From NCBI GenBank assembly GCA_018333835.1, contig JAGXSL010000023.1:1-54566 (forward strand): a DNA stretch of 54,566 nt. The letters are read 5' to 3'. Positions within the stretch are counted from its first letter, which is position 1, and every line of letters begins with the position of its first letter. Made by a program: the position numbers and the translations under genes. Below, in pieces: positions 18,659 through 30,564 of the stretch. The DNA is from Lysobacteraceae bacterium. GTDB taxonomy: Bacteria; Pseudomonadota; Gammaproteobacteria; Xanthomonadales; Xanthomonadaceae. The notes below the pieces were generated by a model. It worked only from the letters and a program-made list of their open reading frames with translations. It was not told the origin of the DNA and searched no databases.

Positions 18659-20056
18659 ATGACCCCCGCCCACCCGGCGCTGGACCGCCGCCGCTTCCTC
18701 CAACTCGGTGGTGCCGCCGCGGCGGTGACCGCGCTGGGCTTGGCGCCGGTCGGTCGCCTGCTGGCCCGGGCCGGCCTGCCGCATGGCCGGGTCGAGGGCT
18801 ACGGCCCGCTCGCCCCGGTGGCCGACCTCGCCACCGGCCTGCCCCTGCTGATGCTGCCGGCCGGATTCCGCTACCGCAGCTTCGGCTGGACCGGCACGCC
18901 GATGGCCGACGGCCTCGCCACTCCCAGCCACCACGACGGCATGGGCGTGGTCCACGCCGAGGGCGACCGGCTGGTGCTGGTGCGCAACCACGAATGCGAC
19001 GGCACCCGGGCCAATTTCGCGCCGGGGCCGCTCAGCTACGACCCGGCCGCCGACGGCGGCACCACCACTCTGGTTGTCGATGCCGCCACCGGCGAATTGC
19101 GCGAGGCCCGGGCCTCGCTTTCCGGCACCCTGCGCAACTGCGCCGGCGGCATCACCCCCTGGGGCAGCTGGCTGAGCTGCGAGGAGGCCGTGCTCGATGC
19201 CGGCCCCGGCACCCTGTTCGGCCGCGAACTGCGGATGGACAAGCCGCACGGCTTCGTCTTCGAGGTGCCGCTGCACGGAGCCGCCAGCGCCGAGCCGCTG
19301 CACGCCATGGGCCAGCGCCTGCACGAGGCGGCGGTGGTGCATGCCGCCAGCGGCGACGTGTTCCTGACCGAGGACAACGACCCGGTCGCCGGCTTCTACC
19401 GTTTCGAGCCGGCGGTGAAGGGCGAACTCGGGCGCGGCGGCCGACTCTGGATGCTCAAGGCCCGCGGCGCGCCCGACCTGCGCCGTGGCCGCCGGGTGGG
19501 CGAACGCTTCGCGGTCGAGTGGGTGCCGGTGGACGAGCCGCTGCGCGGCTTCGGCCCGGAAGGGCAGCCCGACGGCAATGTCGGCCAGGGCCTCGCCAAC
19601 GGCGGCAGCGCCTTCCTCCGGCTGGAGGGTTGCTACGCCGCCGGCGACACCATCTGGTTCACCTCGACCAGCGGCGGCGACGCCGGTGCCGGCCAGGTCT
19701 GGGCCTACGACGCCGCCGATGCCAGCCTCCGGCTCGCCTACGAATCGCCGGCGCAGGAGACCCTCTACTATCCCGACAACGTGGTGCTCTCGCCGCGCGG
19801 CGGCCTGCTGCTCTGCCAGGACAGCTACCGGCGCGAGCCGCAGTCGCTGTTCGGGCTCGACGCCGAGGGTGGGCTGTTCGAGTTCGCCCGCAACGCCACC
19901 CGCCTCGACGGCCTGCACGGCTTCAGCGGCGACTTCTCCCACTCCGAATGGGCCGGTGCCTGCTTCTCGCCCGATGGCCGCTGGCTGTTCGTCAACCTCT
20001 ACACGCCGGGCTTCACCGTGGCCATCACCGGGCCGTGGCGGCGGGGGCTGGTCTGA
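18659..20056 (+). CDS. Tat-exported PhoX-like / DUF839 phosphatase
   Basis: Twin-arginine DRRRFL; HDGMG, VRNHE, NCAGGITPWGSWLSCEE, PDN, SEWAGACFSPDG. Confidence 0.85.
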   Translation: MTPAHPALDRRRFLQLGGAAAAVTALGLAPVGRLLARAGLPHGRVEGYGPLAPVADLATGLPLLMLPAGFRYRSFGWTGTPMADGLATPSHHDGMGVVHAEGDRLVLVRNHECDGTRANFAPGPLSYDPAADGGTTTLVVDAATGELREARASLSGTLRNCAGGITPWGSWLSCEEAVLDAGPGTLFGRELRMDKPHGFVFEVPLHGAASAEPLHAMGQRLHEAAVVHAASGDVFLTEDNDPVAGFYRFEPAVKGELGRGGRLWMLKARGAPDLRRGRRVGERFAVEWVPVDEPLRGFGPEGQPDGNVGQGLANGGSAFLRLEGCYAAGDTIWFTSTSGGDAGAGQVWAYDAADASLRLAYESPAQETLYYPDNVVLSPRGGLLLCQDSYRREPQSLFGLDAEGGLFEFARNATRLDGLHGFSGDFSHSEWAGACFSPDGRWLFVNLYTPGFTVAITGPWRRGLV

Positions 20057-20451
20057 TGATCACCGGCCTCTACGCGGCGCTCTGCGCCCTGCTGCTGCTG
20101 GCCTTGTCCGGGCGGGTGGTGGCCCTGCGCCGGCGGCTCCGGGTCGGCATCGGCGACGGCGGCGATCCGGCCCTGGCCCGTGCCATCCGGGCGCAGGCGA
20201 ATGCCATCGAATACATCCCGCTGCTGCTGGTGATGCTGCTGATCGCCGAGAACAACGGTGCCGGCGTGCTGCTGCTGCACGCCTGCGGCATCGCCCTGGT
20301 GGCGGCGCGGGTGCTGCATGCCGTCGGCCTGTCGGCATCGGCCGGCACCAGCTTCGGCCGGTTCTGGGGCACCCTCGGCACCTGGGGCCTGCTCCTGGTC
20401 CTGGGCGGCCAGGTCGCCTGGGGTTACATCGCCGCCCGGCTGGTCGGCTGA
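20056..20451 (+). CDS. MAPEG-family membrane protein
   Basis: IGDGGD...RAIRAQANAIEYIP, ARVLHA. Confidence 0.88.
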   Translation: MITGLYAALCALLLLALSGRVVALRRRLRVGIGDGGDPALARAIRAQANAIEYIPLLLVMLLIAENNGAGVLLLHACGIALVAARVLHAVGLSASAGTSFGRFWGTLGTWGLLLVLGGQVAWGYIAARLVG

Positions 20452-20452
20452 A

Positions 20453-21835
20453 TCAGCCCCAACCTTCGCGCAGCACCGCCGCCAGGGCGGCGGCGTCCAG
20501 CGCCAGCGGATCGGCCCGCGCAGGGCGCGCCAGCAAGGCGGCGAAGGCCGGCGGCGGCGCTGGCGATGCTGCCAGCAGCGGACTCACCACGTCGAGGAAC
20601 TTGGCCGCGTGCGCGGTAGCGGCCACCGCCCAGTCGCGGGTGTCGCCGGCGGCGCGCAGGTCCTCGAGCACGGCGAGCCCGCAGGCGGTGTGCGGGCAGG
20701 GCGCGACGCCGTGCCGCGCCTCCGCGGCGGCGATCACCGAGCGGATGCGCGCGTCGTCGATGCGCTGCACGCCGATCAGCGCGCGGGCCGCGGCCTCGTC
20801 GCCGCCGGCCAGCCAGAGCAGGCGCTCGACGTTGCTCGGCGCGCCGACGTCCATCGCATTCGCCAGCGTCGGGATCGCGTCCCGCCCCCGGTACGGCGCG
20901 CCGTCATGGAACTCCGACAGCGTCGGATTGGCGTTCGTGGCCAGCACCACCGCACCGATCGGCAGGCCCATCGCGCGGGCGATCAGGGCGGCCATGGCGT
21001 TGCCGAGGTTGCCGCTCGGGACGATGAAGTTCAGCCTGCGGCCGCGCTCGCGCTGGAAGCGCAGCGCGTGCATCGCGTACCAGCCCATCTGCGGCAGCAG
21101 GCGGCCCAGGCTGATCGAGTTCGCGGTCAGCAGCGGCACTTGGGCGCGCAGCGCGGCGTCGCCGAGCGCCTGCTTGGCGAGGCGCTGGCAGTCGTCGAAG
21201 CTGCCGGCCACGCGCAGGGCGCGCACGTTGCCGCCGAAGGCGCCCAGCGAATGCGCCTGCGCCGGCGAGACCTTGCCGTCCGGGTAGAGGATCAGCACGC
21301 GGAAGCCCTCGCGGCCGTGGAAGGCGGCAGCGACCGCGGCGCCGGTGTCGCCGGAGGTCGCGACGAGGACCGTCTGCACCGCCGCGCCGCGCACCTCCTC
21401 GACCGCCACCGGCAACCCCGGCTCCGATCGCGCCGTGCGCAGCGCCGACAGCGCGGCGGCGAGGAAGCGCGCGGCGAGGTCCTTGAACGCCGCCGTCGGG
21501 CCGTGGAACAGCTCGATCCAGTGATCACCCGGCCCGGCGAGCGGCTTCATCGGCACGTCGAAGGCGGCGGCCTGCGCGCACAGCCCGTCGAGCCGCGGGG
21601 CGAGCACGTCCTCGCCGAGCAGCGGTCGCAGCAGGGCGGCCAGGGTGTCGGCGAGCCGGGCGTCGGGGATCGCGGCGAGGGCCGGGGCGTCGAAGCGCGG
21701 CAGGCGTTCCGGCACGTAGAGCCCGCCGTCGGGTGCCAGGCCGCTGCCCAGGGCTTCGCTGAAGCACAGGGCGGGCGAAGCCCCGCGGGTGGAGACGTAG
21801 CGGACGGCATCGCCCGGAAGTCCGGCGGCGTTCAT
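20453..21835 (-). CDS. thrC: Threonine synthase
   Basis: YVSTRG, GLAPDGGLYVP, ELFHGPTAAFKD, ATSGDTG, PSGNLGN. Confidence 0.95.
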   Translation of the reverse strand: MNAAGLPGDAVRYVSTRGASPALCFSEALGSGLAPDGGLYVPERLPRFDAPALAAIPDARLADTLAALLRPLLGEDVLAPRLDGLCAQAAAFDVPMKPLAGPGDHWIELFHGPTAAFKDLAARFLAAALSALRTARSEPGLPVAVEEVRGAAVQTVLVATSGDTGAAVAAAFHGREGFRVLILYPDGKVSPAQAHSLGAFGGNVRALRVAGSFDDCQRLAKQALGDAALRAQVPLLTANSISLGRLLPQMGWYAMHALRFQRERGRRLNFIVPSGNLGNAMAALIARAMGLPIGAVVLATNANPTLSEFHDGAPYRGRDAIPTLANAMDVGAPSNVERLLWLAGGDEAAARALIGVQRIDDARIRSVIAAAEARHGVAPCPHTACGLAVLEDLRAAGDTRDWAVAATAHAAKFLDVVSPLLAASPAPPPAFAALLARPARADPLALDAAALAAVLREGWG

Positions 21836-22791
21836 CGATCGTCCTCCCCGGGCTCGTCGCGGGCGATCACGGCTGCCGCCGGCCCGGCCACCGGCGTGGC
21901 CAGTGCGCTGGCCGCGATGCCCTGCGCCGCGAAGGCGGCCTGCATGGCCGCGGCCCCGCGCTCGGCGGCGGCGCGCCCGTCGAACCAGCCGAACAGGGTC
22001 GGCCCGGCCCCGGAGATGCCGGCCCCGAGCGCGCCGGCCTGCATCGCCGCCGCACGCACCGCATCGAAGCCGGGGATCAGCGCGGCGCGGCGCGGTTCGA
22101 CCAGGGCATCGCGCAGGCCCTCGCGCAGCAGCCCACGGTCGCCGTGCTGCAGGCCGAGCAGCAGGGCGGCGAGGTGGTGGGTCTGGCGCACGATCGAGGC
22201 GAGCGGGTAGGGCGCCTGCAGCACCTCGCGGGCGACCCGGGTTTCCAGCACCTGCGCCGGCGTCACCAGGGCGGCGTGCAGCCAGTCCGGCGCGGCAATC
22301 GCGAACGGCCGCTCGAAGGCCGCGACCAGGCCGCCGAGCAGGGCCGGCGCGACGTTGTCGCCGTGGCGGGCACCGCTGGCCACGGCTTCGCCGTCGAGTG
22401 CGCAATCCAGCAGCACGGCGGCCGGTTGCGGCGCCTCGAGCAGGGCGTTGACCGCCACCACGGCGGCCACCGCCGAGGCCGCCGAGCCGCCGATGCCGGA
22501 GCCGAGCGGGATGCCCTTGCGCAGTTCCAGTTCGACGCCGAAACCGGCGCCGGCCCGCTCCAGCAGGCGCATCGCCGCCACGCCGGCGGTGTTCTCCGCC
22601 GCCGAACCGGGCAAGGCCAGCGGCAGGCCGTGCAGGGCGGTGATGCGGACGCCGGGGATCGCGACGCGTCGGGCCAGCACCTCGTCGCGCGGGCCCTCGA
22701 TGGCGTGGCCGAGCAGGTCGAAACCCGGGCCGAGGTTGGAGGAACTGGCCGGCGCGAAGGCGCGTGCCCAGCGGCGTGGCGGCCGGTTCAA
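21832..22791 (-). CDS. thrB: Homoserine kinase
   Basis: APASSSNLGPGFDLLG, GHMP motif PLGSGIGGSAAS, HGDNVAP, ISGAGPT; TTG start overlapping the thrA stop. Confidence 0.93.
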   Translation of the reverse strand: MNRPPRRWARAFAPASSSNLGPGFDLLGHAIEGPRDEVLARRVAIPGVRITALHGLPLALPGSAAENTAGVAAMRLLERAGAGFGVELELRKGIPLGSGIGGSAASAVAAVVAVNALLEAPQPAAVLLDCALDGEAVASGARHGDNVAPALLGGLVAAFERPFAIAAPDWLHAALVTPAQVLETRVAREVLQAPYPLASIVRQTHHLAALLLGLQHGDRGLLREGLRDALVEPRRAALIPGFDAVRAAAMQAGALGAGISGAGPTLFGWFDGRAAAERGAAAMQAAFAAQGIAASALATPVAGPAAAVIARDEPGEDDR

Positions 22792-25256
22792 AGCCGTGCC
22801 CCGAGGTGGGCGGCGATGGCGAGCAGGTCGCCGAACACGCCGGCGGCGGTCACCTCGGGGCCGGCGCCGGGGCCTTTCACCACCAGCGGCCGGGCGTGGT
22901 AGCGCGTCGTGTGGAAGGCGAACAGGTTGTCGGTGTCCTGCGCGCCGGCGGCCGGATGCGTGGCCTCGACCGCGCGCAGGGCCACGCTGGCGTGGCCGCT
23001 GGCATCGACCTCGGCGAGGTAGCGCAGCACGCGGCCCTCGGCGCGCGCCGCGGCAAGGCGTCCGGCCATCGGTGCATCGAACTCGTCGAGCCGCCCGAGG
23101 AACTCCGCCAGCGGCAGCTCGCGCAGCGCGGCGGGCACCAGATTCTCGACCGTCACACCCTCCAGCGACAGCGGCCAGCCCGCCTCGCGGGCGAGGATCA
23201 CCGCCTTGCGCGCCACGTCGGTGCCGGAGAGGTCGTCGCGCGGGTCCGGCTCGGTGTAGCCGGCGGCGCGGGCCTCGGCCAGCAGGGCCGAGAACGGCCG
23301 CGAACCGTCGAAGTGGTGGAACAGCCAGGCCAGGGTGCCGGAGAACAGGCCGGCGATCCGTTGCGGGCGGTCGCCGGTGTCGATCAGGTTGCGCAGCGTG
23401 GTCACCACCGGCAGGCCGGCCCCGACCGTGGCCTCGTAGCGGAAGCAGGCCCCGCTCCGGCGTGCGGCCGCGTGCAGGGCCGCCAGTCGGGCGGCGTCGC
23501 CGCTGCCGGCGTGCTTGCTCGGCGTGACGACGTGGATGCCCTGCGCCAGCCAGTCGGCGTAGCGGTCGGCCATCGCGGCCTCGCCGGAGCAGTCGATGAT
23601 CAGCGCGTGCGGGATGTGCTCGCTGCGGACGTGGCGGACGAAGGCGTCGAGGTCGAGGGGCTCGCCGCGGTCGAGGTCGAGTGCCGCGAGCGAGGTCTCG
23701 GCGCGCAGCATCCTCCGCGAGTTCGCCACCGCGCGGATGCGCAGGTCGAGCTGGCGCTCGCGGCGCAGTGCCGACTGCGCGGCCAGCAGCTGGCGCAGCA
23801 AAGCGCCGCCGACATTGCCCGGGCCGAGCAGGCCGATCGAGAGCGTCTGCGCGCTCAGCCAGAACGCGGTGTGGGCCACCCGCAGGGCGCGCTCGGCATC
23901 CTGTTCGCGCACCGCCAGCGAGACGTTGCGCTCGCTCGCCCCCTGCGCGATGGCCCGCAGGTTGATGCCGGCGCGGGCGATGGCACCGGAGAGCCGGGCG
24001 ACGATGCCGGGCGTGCCGATCATGCCGTCGCCCACCGCCGCCAGCACCGCCAGGCCGGGCTCCAGGGCCACGCCCTGCACTTCGCCGGCGGCGATCCCGG
24101 CGGCGAATTCGGCGCGGGCCGCGGCCAGCCCGGCCTCGGCCTGCTCGTGGCGCACCAGCGCGCAGATCGAGTGCTCGCTGGAGGCCTGGGTGATCATCAC
24201 CACCGAGACCCCGGCGCGGTGCAGGGCGGCGAAGAAGCGCTCCGCGCTGCCCGGCACGCCGACCAGGCCGCTGCCCTGGAGTTCCAGCGCGGCGAGGCCG
24301 CGGACCAGCGACAGCCCCTTCACCGGGTTCGCCGATGGCGCAGGTGCGGCGAGCACGCGGGTGCCTGGTTTCCCCGGTTGGCGCACGTCGCGGATGCGCA
24401 GGGGGATGCCGGCGGCCATCGCCGGTGCCAGCGACTGCGGATGCAGCGCCTTGGTGCCGAAGTAGGCCAGCTCCATCGCCTCGGCATAGCTCACCTCGGG
24501 CAGCACCACGGCTTCCGGCTCCAGCCGCGGATCGGCCGACATCAGGCCCTCGACCTCCTTCCAGATCGTCAGCTCGCCGGCCCCGAACAGTGCCGCCAAC
24601 AACGCGGCGGAGTAGTCGCTGCCGTTGCGCCCCAGCGTGGTGGGCGTGCCGTCGCCGAGGCGGGCGAGGAATCCGGTGGCGACGACATCCGGCTGTGGGT
24701 GCGCGCGCCGCCATGCCGCCAAGGCGGCGCGGGTCGCCGGCTCGTCGAGGCGGGCACCCAGTTCGCCCTGCGCCACCACCAGCACCTCGCGGGCATCCAG
24801 CCAGGCCCAACCCGGTCCGAGCAGGGCGGCGAGGATGCGGCTCGACCACAGCTCGCCGGCTCCACTGATGCGTGCCGCTTGGCCGTGGTCGGGCCGGCCG
24901 GCGCGCAGGTGCGCGAGGTCGGCCTCGAGTTCGGCGAAATCGCGATCGAGCAGCCCGGCATCGAGGCCCAGCGCCGCCAGCAGGGCGCGGTGCATGGCCA
25001 GCAGGAAGGCGAGGTCGGCGTGCTCGCGGCCGCAGCGCGCCGCGGCCAGTGCCGCGAGGAGGCGGTCGGTGCTGCCGAGGGTCGCCGACACCACCACCAG
25101 CCGGGGCCGCGGGGCCTCGGCCGCCAGCAGGGCGGCGGCACGCTGGAAGCCGGCGGCATCGGCCAGGGCCGCCCCCCCGAACTTGTGGGCGGCGGGCGCG
25201 GGGCCGGCCGACGCCTGCGCGTCGTCGGGGTTCGGAACGGGATCGGCGGCATCCAA
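22788..25256 (-). CDS. thrA: Bifunctional aspartokinase / homoserine dehydrogenase I
   Basis: KFGG, TTLGRNGSDYSA, two ACT domains, GPGNVG, EATVGAGLP, GYTEPDPRDDLSG; start placed at the TTG 7 nt after AAGGAG (alternative GTG at 25343). Confidence 0.93.
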   Translation of the reverse strand: MDAADPVPNPDDAQASAGPAPAAHKFGGAALADAAGFQRAAALLAAEAPRPRLVVVSATLGSTDRLLAALAAARCGREHADLAFLLAMHRALLAALGLDAGLLDRDFAELEADLAHLRAGRPDHGQAARISGAGELWSSRILAALLGPGWAWLDAREVLVVAQGELGARLDEPATRAALAAWRRAHPQPDVVATGFLARLGDGTPTTLGRNGSDYSAALLAALFGAGELTIWKEVEGLMSADPRLEPEAVVLPEVSYAEAMELAYFGTKALHPQSLAPAMAAGIPLRIRDVRQPGKPGTRVLAAPAPSANPVKGLSLVRGLAALELQGSGLVGVPGSAERFFAALHRAGVSVVMITQASSEHSICALVRHEQAEAGLAAARAEFAAGIAAGEVQGVALEPGLAVLAAVGDGMIGTPGIVARLSGAIARAGINLRAIAQGASERNVSLAVREQDAERALRVAHTAFWLSAQTLSIGLLGPGNVGGALLRQLLAAQSALRRERQLDLRIRAVANSRRMLRAETSLAALDLDRGEPLDLDAFVRHVRSEHIPHALIIDCSGEAAMADRYADWLAQGIHVVTPSKHAGSGDAARLAALHAAARRSGACFRYEATVGAGLPVVTTLRNLIDTGDRPQRIAGLFSGTLAWLFHHFDGSRPFSALLAEARAAGYTEPDPRDDLSGTDVARKAVILAREAGWPLSLEGVTVENLVPAALRELPLAEFLGRLDEFDAPMAGRLAAARAEGRVLRYLAEVDASGHASVALRAVEATHPAAGAQDTDNLFAFHTTRYHARPLVVKGPGAGPEVTAAGVFGDLLAIAAHLGARL

Positions 25257-25330
25257 GAGGCGGCTCCTTCGGGTGGGGCCGGTCGTTTGGATGGGGGAGC
25301 CCGCGTCCGTGACCGGCGCGGGGTGGTGGA

Positions 25331-25459
25331 TCAGTTCGGCCACCCCGGCCCTGCGAAGGTGCCGGTCGTGGTGGTGACCCCCGCGACCGGCCCGCGAATA
25401 CCGATGACGACGCCGAGGGCGGTCATGCGGGCGGCGGGCGCGGGCAGGGCGGGGTGCAT
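25331..25459 (-). CDS. Putative thr operon leader peptide
   Basis: MHPALPAPAARMTALGVVIGIRGPVAGVTTTTGTFAGPGWPN; five Thr within six codons (25358-25375) plus two Ile; alternative start at 25426. Confidence 0.65.
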   Translation of the reverse strand: MHPALPAPAARMTALGVVIGIRGPVAGVTTTTGTFAGPGWPN

Positions 25460-25531
25460 GGGCCCACTTGAACCCGCGGGCCCCGGCCCTGTCAAGCCGG
25501 GGTCAGGCCGTCTTCCCTGATCGAACCGGAG

Positions 25532-27034
25532 TCAGGCCGCCTCGGCGGTGGCGAGCCGCGGGCCATGCAGCAGGGCGTGGCGGACGGCGTCGACGATCAG
25601 CTCGGCCTCGGCGCTGCCCACCGCGAACACCGGGGTGAAGCGCAGCGAGTTGGCGCCACCGTGGATGACGTTGACGCCGCGCTCGCGGATGTATTCCTCG
25701 GTGCTGCCGGTGCCGTAGCACTTGTAGTGCGGGGCGATCTCGCAGGAGAACAGCAGGCCGGTGCCCTGCACCTTGGTGATGGTGCCGTGCGGCAGTTCGG
25801 CCTTCAGTGCTTCGAGCTTGGCGAGGAACTCGGCACCGCGGGCGCGGATGTTGGCGCGCAGCTCGGGGGTCAGCAGCCCCAGCGTGGCCGCCGCGGTGTC
25901 CATCGCGCGCGGGTTCGCCGTCATCGTGTTGCCGTAGGTGCCGCGACGGTACAGGCCGGCGGCGCGCTCCGTGCAGGCCAGGATCGACATCGGGAACTGC
26001 GCGGCGTTCAACGCCTTCGAATAGGTCTCCATGTCCGGGGCTTCGAGGCCCTCGAAGCCCGGGTAATCGACGATGGAGAGCACGCCGTGGGCGCGCAGGC
26101 CGGCCTGGATGCTGTCGATCAGCAGCAGGGTGCCGTGCTCCTTGGTCAGGCGGCGGGCCTCGGCGTAGAACTCGGCAGGCAGTGCACGCCCCGGATCGCC
26201 TTCGCCCATCACCGGCTCGATGAACATGGCTTCGAAGTACCAGCCGTTGGCCTCGGCATCGGCGAAGGCCTGGCGCAGCGCCTCGATCGAGTAGGGCTCG
26301 ATGGTGATCAGCTGGTCGGCGTGGTGCTTGTGGCTGGCCAGATGCTGGGCGTAGTTCTTGCGGCTGGAATCGGAATACAGCGCGGGCAGCTCGGTACGGC
26401 CGTGAAACGCGCCCTTGATGGCCAGGCGCTTGACGCGCCGGCCGGCATGGCGTCCGCCCGGGTCGGTGTGGAGCTTGGTGTTGACATCGGCAATGCGGCC
26501 AGCCAGCGAGACCGATTCCGAGCCGGAGTTCAGCGCGAGAAACTTCGCGTACGGGCAGCCGCCACGGCTGTGGCCGATCTCGGCGCGCAGGGCGCGCTCG
26601 AGCCGCAGCTGGGCGAGGCTGGGCGTCATGATGTTGGCCATCACCTGCGGCTTGGCCATGGCCGAGAGCACGGCGAAGGGCGTGTGACCGAAGCCGAGCA
26701 TGCCGTAGCCACCGCAGTCGTAGACCACCGCGCCCTTCAGCGTGACCACCCAGGGGCCGCGCGCGGCGAGCGCAACGTAGGGGTTCACCGCGTCGTCCGG
26801 GTAGAAGTTGAGGAAGCCGCCTTGGGCGATCGCCATCTGCTCGGCTTCGTCGCGGTCGAGCAGTTCCGGGAACTCGGCGCGGACGCCCTCGTAGGCCTCG
26901 ACGGCGGCATCGATGGCCGCCACCAGCTGCGGGTGCGTGGCGCCGAAGCGCTCGATCACCGCATCGGGCAGGCCCGCGGTGCGGACGTGGCCGGCGTGGG
27001 CGCGAAGCGGTTGCAGGCGGGCGGCGAGGTTCAT
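25532..27034 (-). CDS. lat: Class III aminotransferase, probable L-lysine 6-aminotransferase
   Basis: NSGSE, FHGRT, EPVMGEG, DSIQAG, PLP lysine YSKAL; overall resemblance, from memory, to xanthomonad-type Lat; RBS AAGGAG. Confidence 0.8.
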   Translation of the reverse strand: MNLAARLQPLRAHAGHVRTAGLPDAVIERFGATHPQLVAAIDAAVEAYEGVRAEFPELLDRDEAEQMAIAQGGFLNFYPDDAVNPYVALAARGPWVVTLKGAVVYDCGGYGMLGFGHTPFAVLSAMAKPQVMANIMTPSLAQLRLERALRAEIGHSRGGCPYAKFLALNSGSESVSLAGRIADVNTKLHTDPGGRHAGRRVKRLAIKGAFHGRTELPALYSDSSRKNYAQHLASHKHHADQLITIEPYSIEALRQAFADAEANGWYFEAMFIEPVMGEGDPGRALPAEFYAEARRLTKEHGTLLLIDSIQAGLRAHGVLSIVDYPGFEGLEAPDMETYSKALNAAQFPMSILACTERAAGLYRRGTYGNTMTANPRAMDTAAATLGLLTPELRANIRARGAEFLAKLEALKAELPHGTITKVQGTGLLFSCEIAPHYKCYGTGSTEEYIRERGVNVIHGGANSLRFTPVFAVGSAEAELIVDAVRHALLHGPRLATAEAA

Positions 27035-27049
27035 GGCAACTCCTTGCGG

Positions 27050-27121
27050 GGGAAAAGAAAACAGCGCCGCAGGGCAGGGCGCTGTTTTTCTCTTTGGGAA
27101 CAACAACTTGTGGCAATGCTA
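27050..27121 (-). promoter_or_regulatory. Structured 5' leader (terminator-like hairpin; possibly sX9-like RNA) upstream of lat
   Basis: Extended -10 TGCTAGCAT, then GTTGTTCCCAAAGAG, stem AAAACAGCGCC/GGCGCTGTTTT and T-run ending just before the RBS. Confidence 0.55.
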
Positions 27122-27191
27122 GCACCAGCGACGGGGCCCCGTAACCCCCGCCGCTTCAAGCGCTTGCTTGGTCTGGGTCCGGCAGCCCTGT

Positions 27192-28205
27192 TCAGGCGAA
27201 ATCGGCATCCAGCACGATGCGGTAGCGCGCCTTGCCCGAGTGCAGGCGCTCGAAGGCTTCGTTGATCTTCGCCATCGGGAAGCGTTCCACCTGCGGCGCG
27301 ATCTCGTGGCGGGCGCAGAAGTCGAGCATCCGCGAGGTGGTGGCCGGACTGCCGAGCGGCGAGCCGCTCACCGATTTCTGGCCGCCGATCAGGGCGAAGG
27401 CCGGCACCGGCACCGGCTCCAGCACCGCGCCGACGAAATGCAGGCGGCCATTGGGGGCGAGCGCCTCGAGGTAGGCCCCCCAGGGCAGGGTGACGTTGGC
27501 GGTCACCAGGATGAAATCGAAACACCCGGCTTCCTTGGCCAATGCCTTGGCGTCGGTGCTGAGTACCGCACGGTGCGCGCCGAGCCGGATGGCTTCGGCG
27601 TGCTTGGCCTCGCTCGAGGTGAACGCCGTCACTTCGCAGCCCCAGGCCTTGAGGAACTGCAGGGCGAGATGCCCCAGCCCACCGATGCCGACCACGCCAA
27701 CCCGGTCGGTGGGCTTGATGCCGAAATGCGCGATCGGGCCGAACACGGTGATGCCACCGCAGAGCAGCGGTCCGGCGCTGGCGGCATCGACGCCTTCGGG
27801 GATCGGCGTGGCCCAGACCCAGTGCGCGCGCACGCGCTCGGCAAAGCCGCCGTAGCCGGCGACGATCAGCCCGCTGGCCTTGCCGCAGACGTTGTGATGG
27901 CCCGACAGGCACTGCGTGCAGGCCATGCAGCTCGATTCGTACCAGCCGATGCCGACGCGGTCGCCGACCTTGACGCGCTTGGCTTCCGGGCCGACGGCGA
28001 CGACGCGACCGATCACCTCGTGGCCGGGCACCAGCGGGTAACGCGCATTGCCCCAGTCATTGTTGACCATGCTGAGGTCGGAGTGGCACAGGCCGCAGTG
28101 TTCGACCTGCACCTCGACGAACTCCGGCGGCAGCGGGCCGGGTTCGTAGTCGATGGTGCGCAGTTCGGATTTCGCGGCATGGGCCGCAAAGGCGCGGACG
28201 GTCAT
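27192..28205 (-). CDS. Zn-dependent NAD(P)H alcohol dehydrogenase / aldehyde reductase (Ahr/CAD-like)
   Basis: CGLCHSD, GHEVIG, structural Zn Cys cluster, GIGGLGH; RBS AAGGAG. Confidence 0.92.
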   Translation of the reverse strand: MTVRAFAAHAAKSELRTIDYEPGPLPPEFVEVQVEHCGLCHSDLSMVNNDWGNARYPLVPGHEVIGRVVAVGPEAKRVKVGDRVGIGWYESSCMACTQCLSGHHNVCGKASGLIVAGYGGFAERVRAHWVWATPIPEGVDAASAGPLLCGGITVFGPIAHFGIKPTDRVGVVGIGGLGHLALQFLKAWGCEVTAFTSSEAKHAEAIRLGAHRAVLSTDAKALAKEAGCFDFILVTANVTLPWGAYLEALAPNGRLHFVGAVLEPVPVPAFALIGGQKSVSGSPLGSPATTSRMLDFCARHEIAPQVERFPMAKINEAFERLHSGKARYRIVLDADFA

Positions 28206-28363
28206 GGCAGGCTCCTTCGGCGGATGAGAGCCGCAGTCTGCGCCCAGTACGCGGCAAGGCCAAGTCGAGGCCGGACCCGGGGCGCGGTGCGGCACGGCCG
28301 CGTACAATCGCCGCCCCGCGCCCGGTGGCGCATCGCCAGCGAACGGCCTGTCAAGCCGGTCCG

Positions 28364-30564
<2,201 letters not shown>

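Noticed and set aside
25470-25495. sigma70 promoter for the thr leader (TTGACA on the minus strand at 25490-25495)
   Set aside because: The -35 is perfect but there is no convincing -10 at 16-18 nt spacing, so it was not listed as a feature.
21832-25520. 1005-aa and 918-aa ORFs over thrA
   Set aside because: Shadow frames rich in Arg/Pro/Gly; only 21832-22791 (thrB) is supported.
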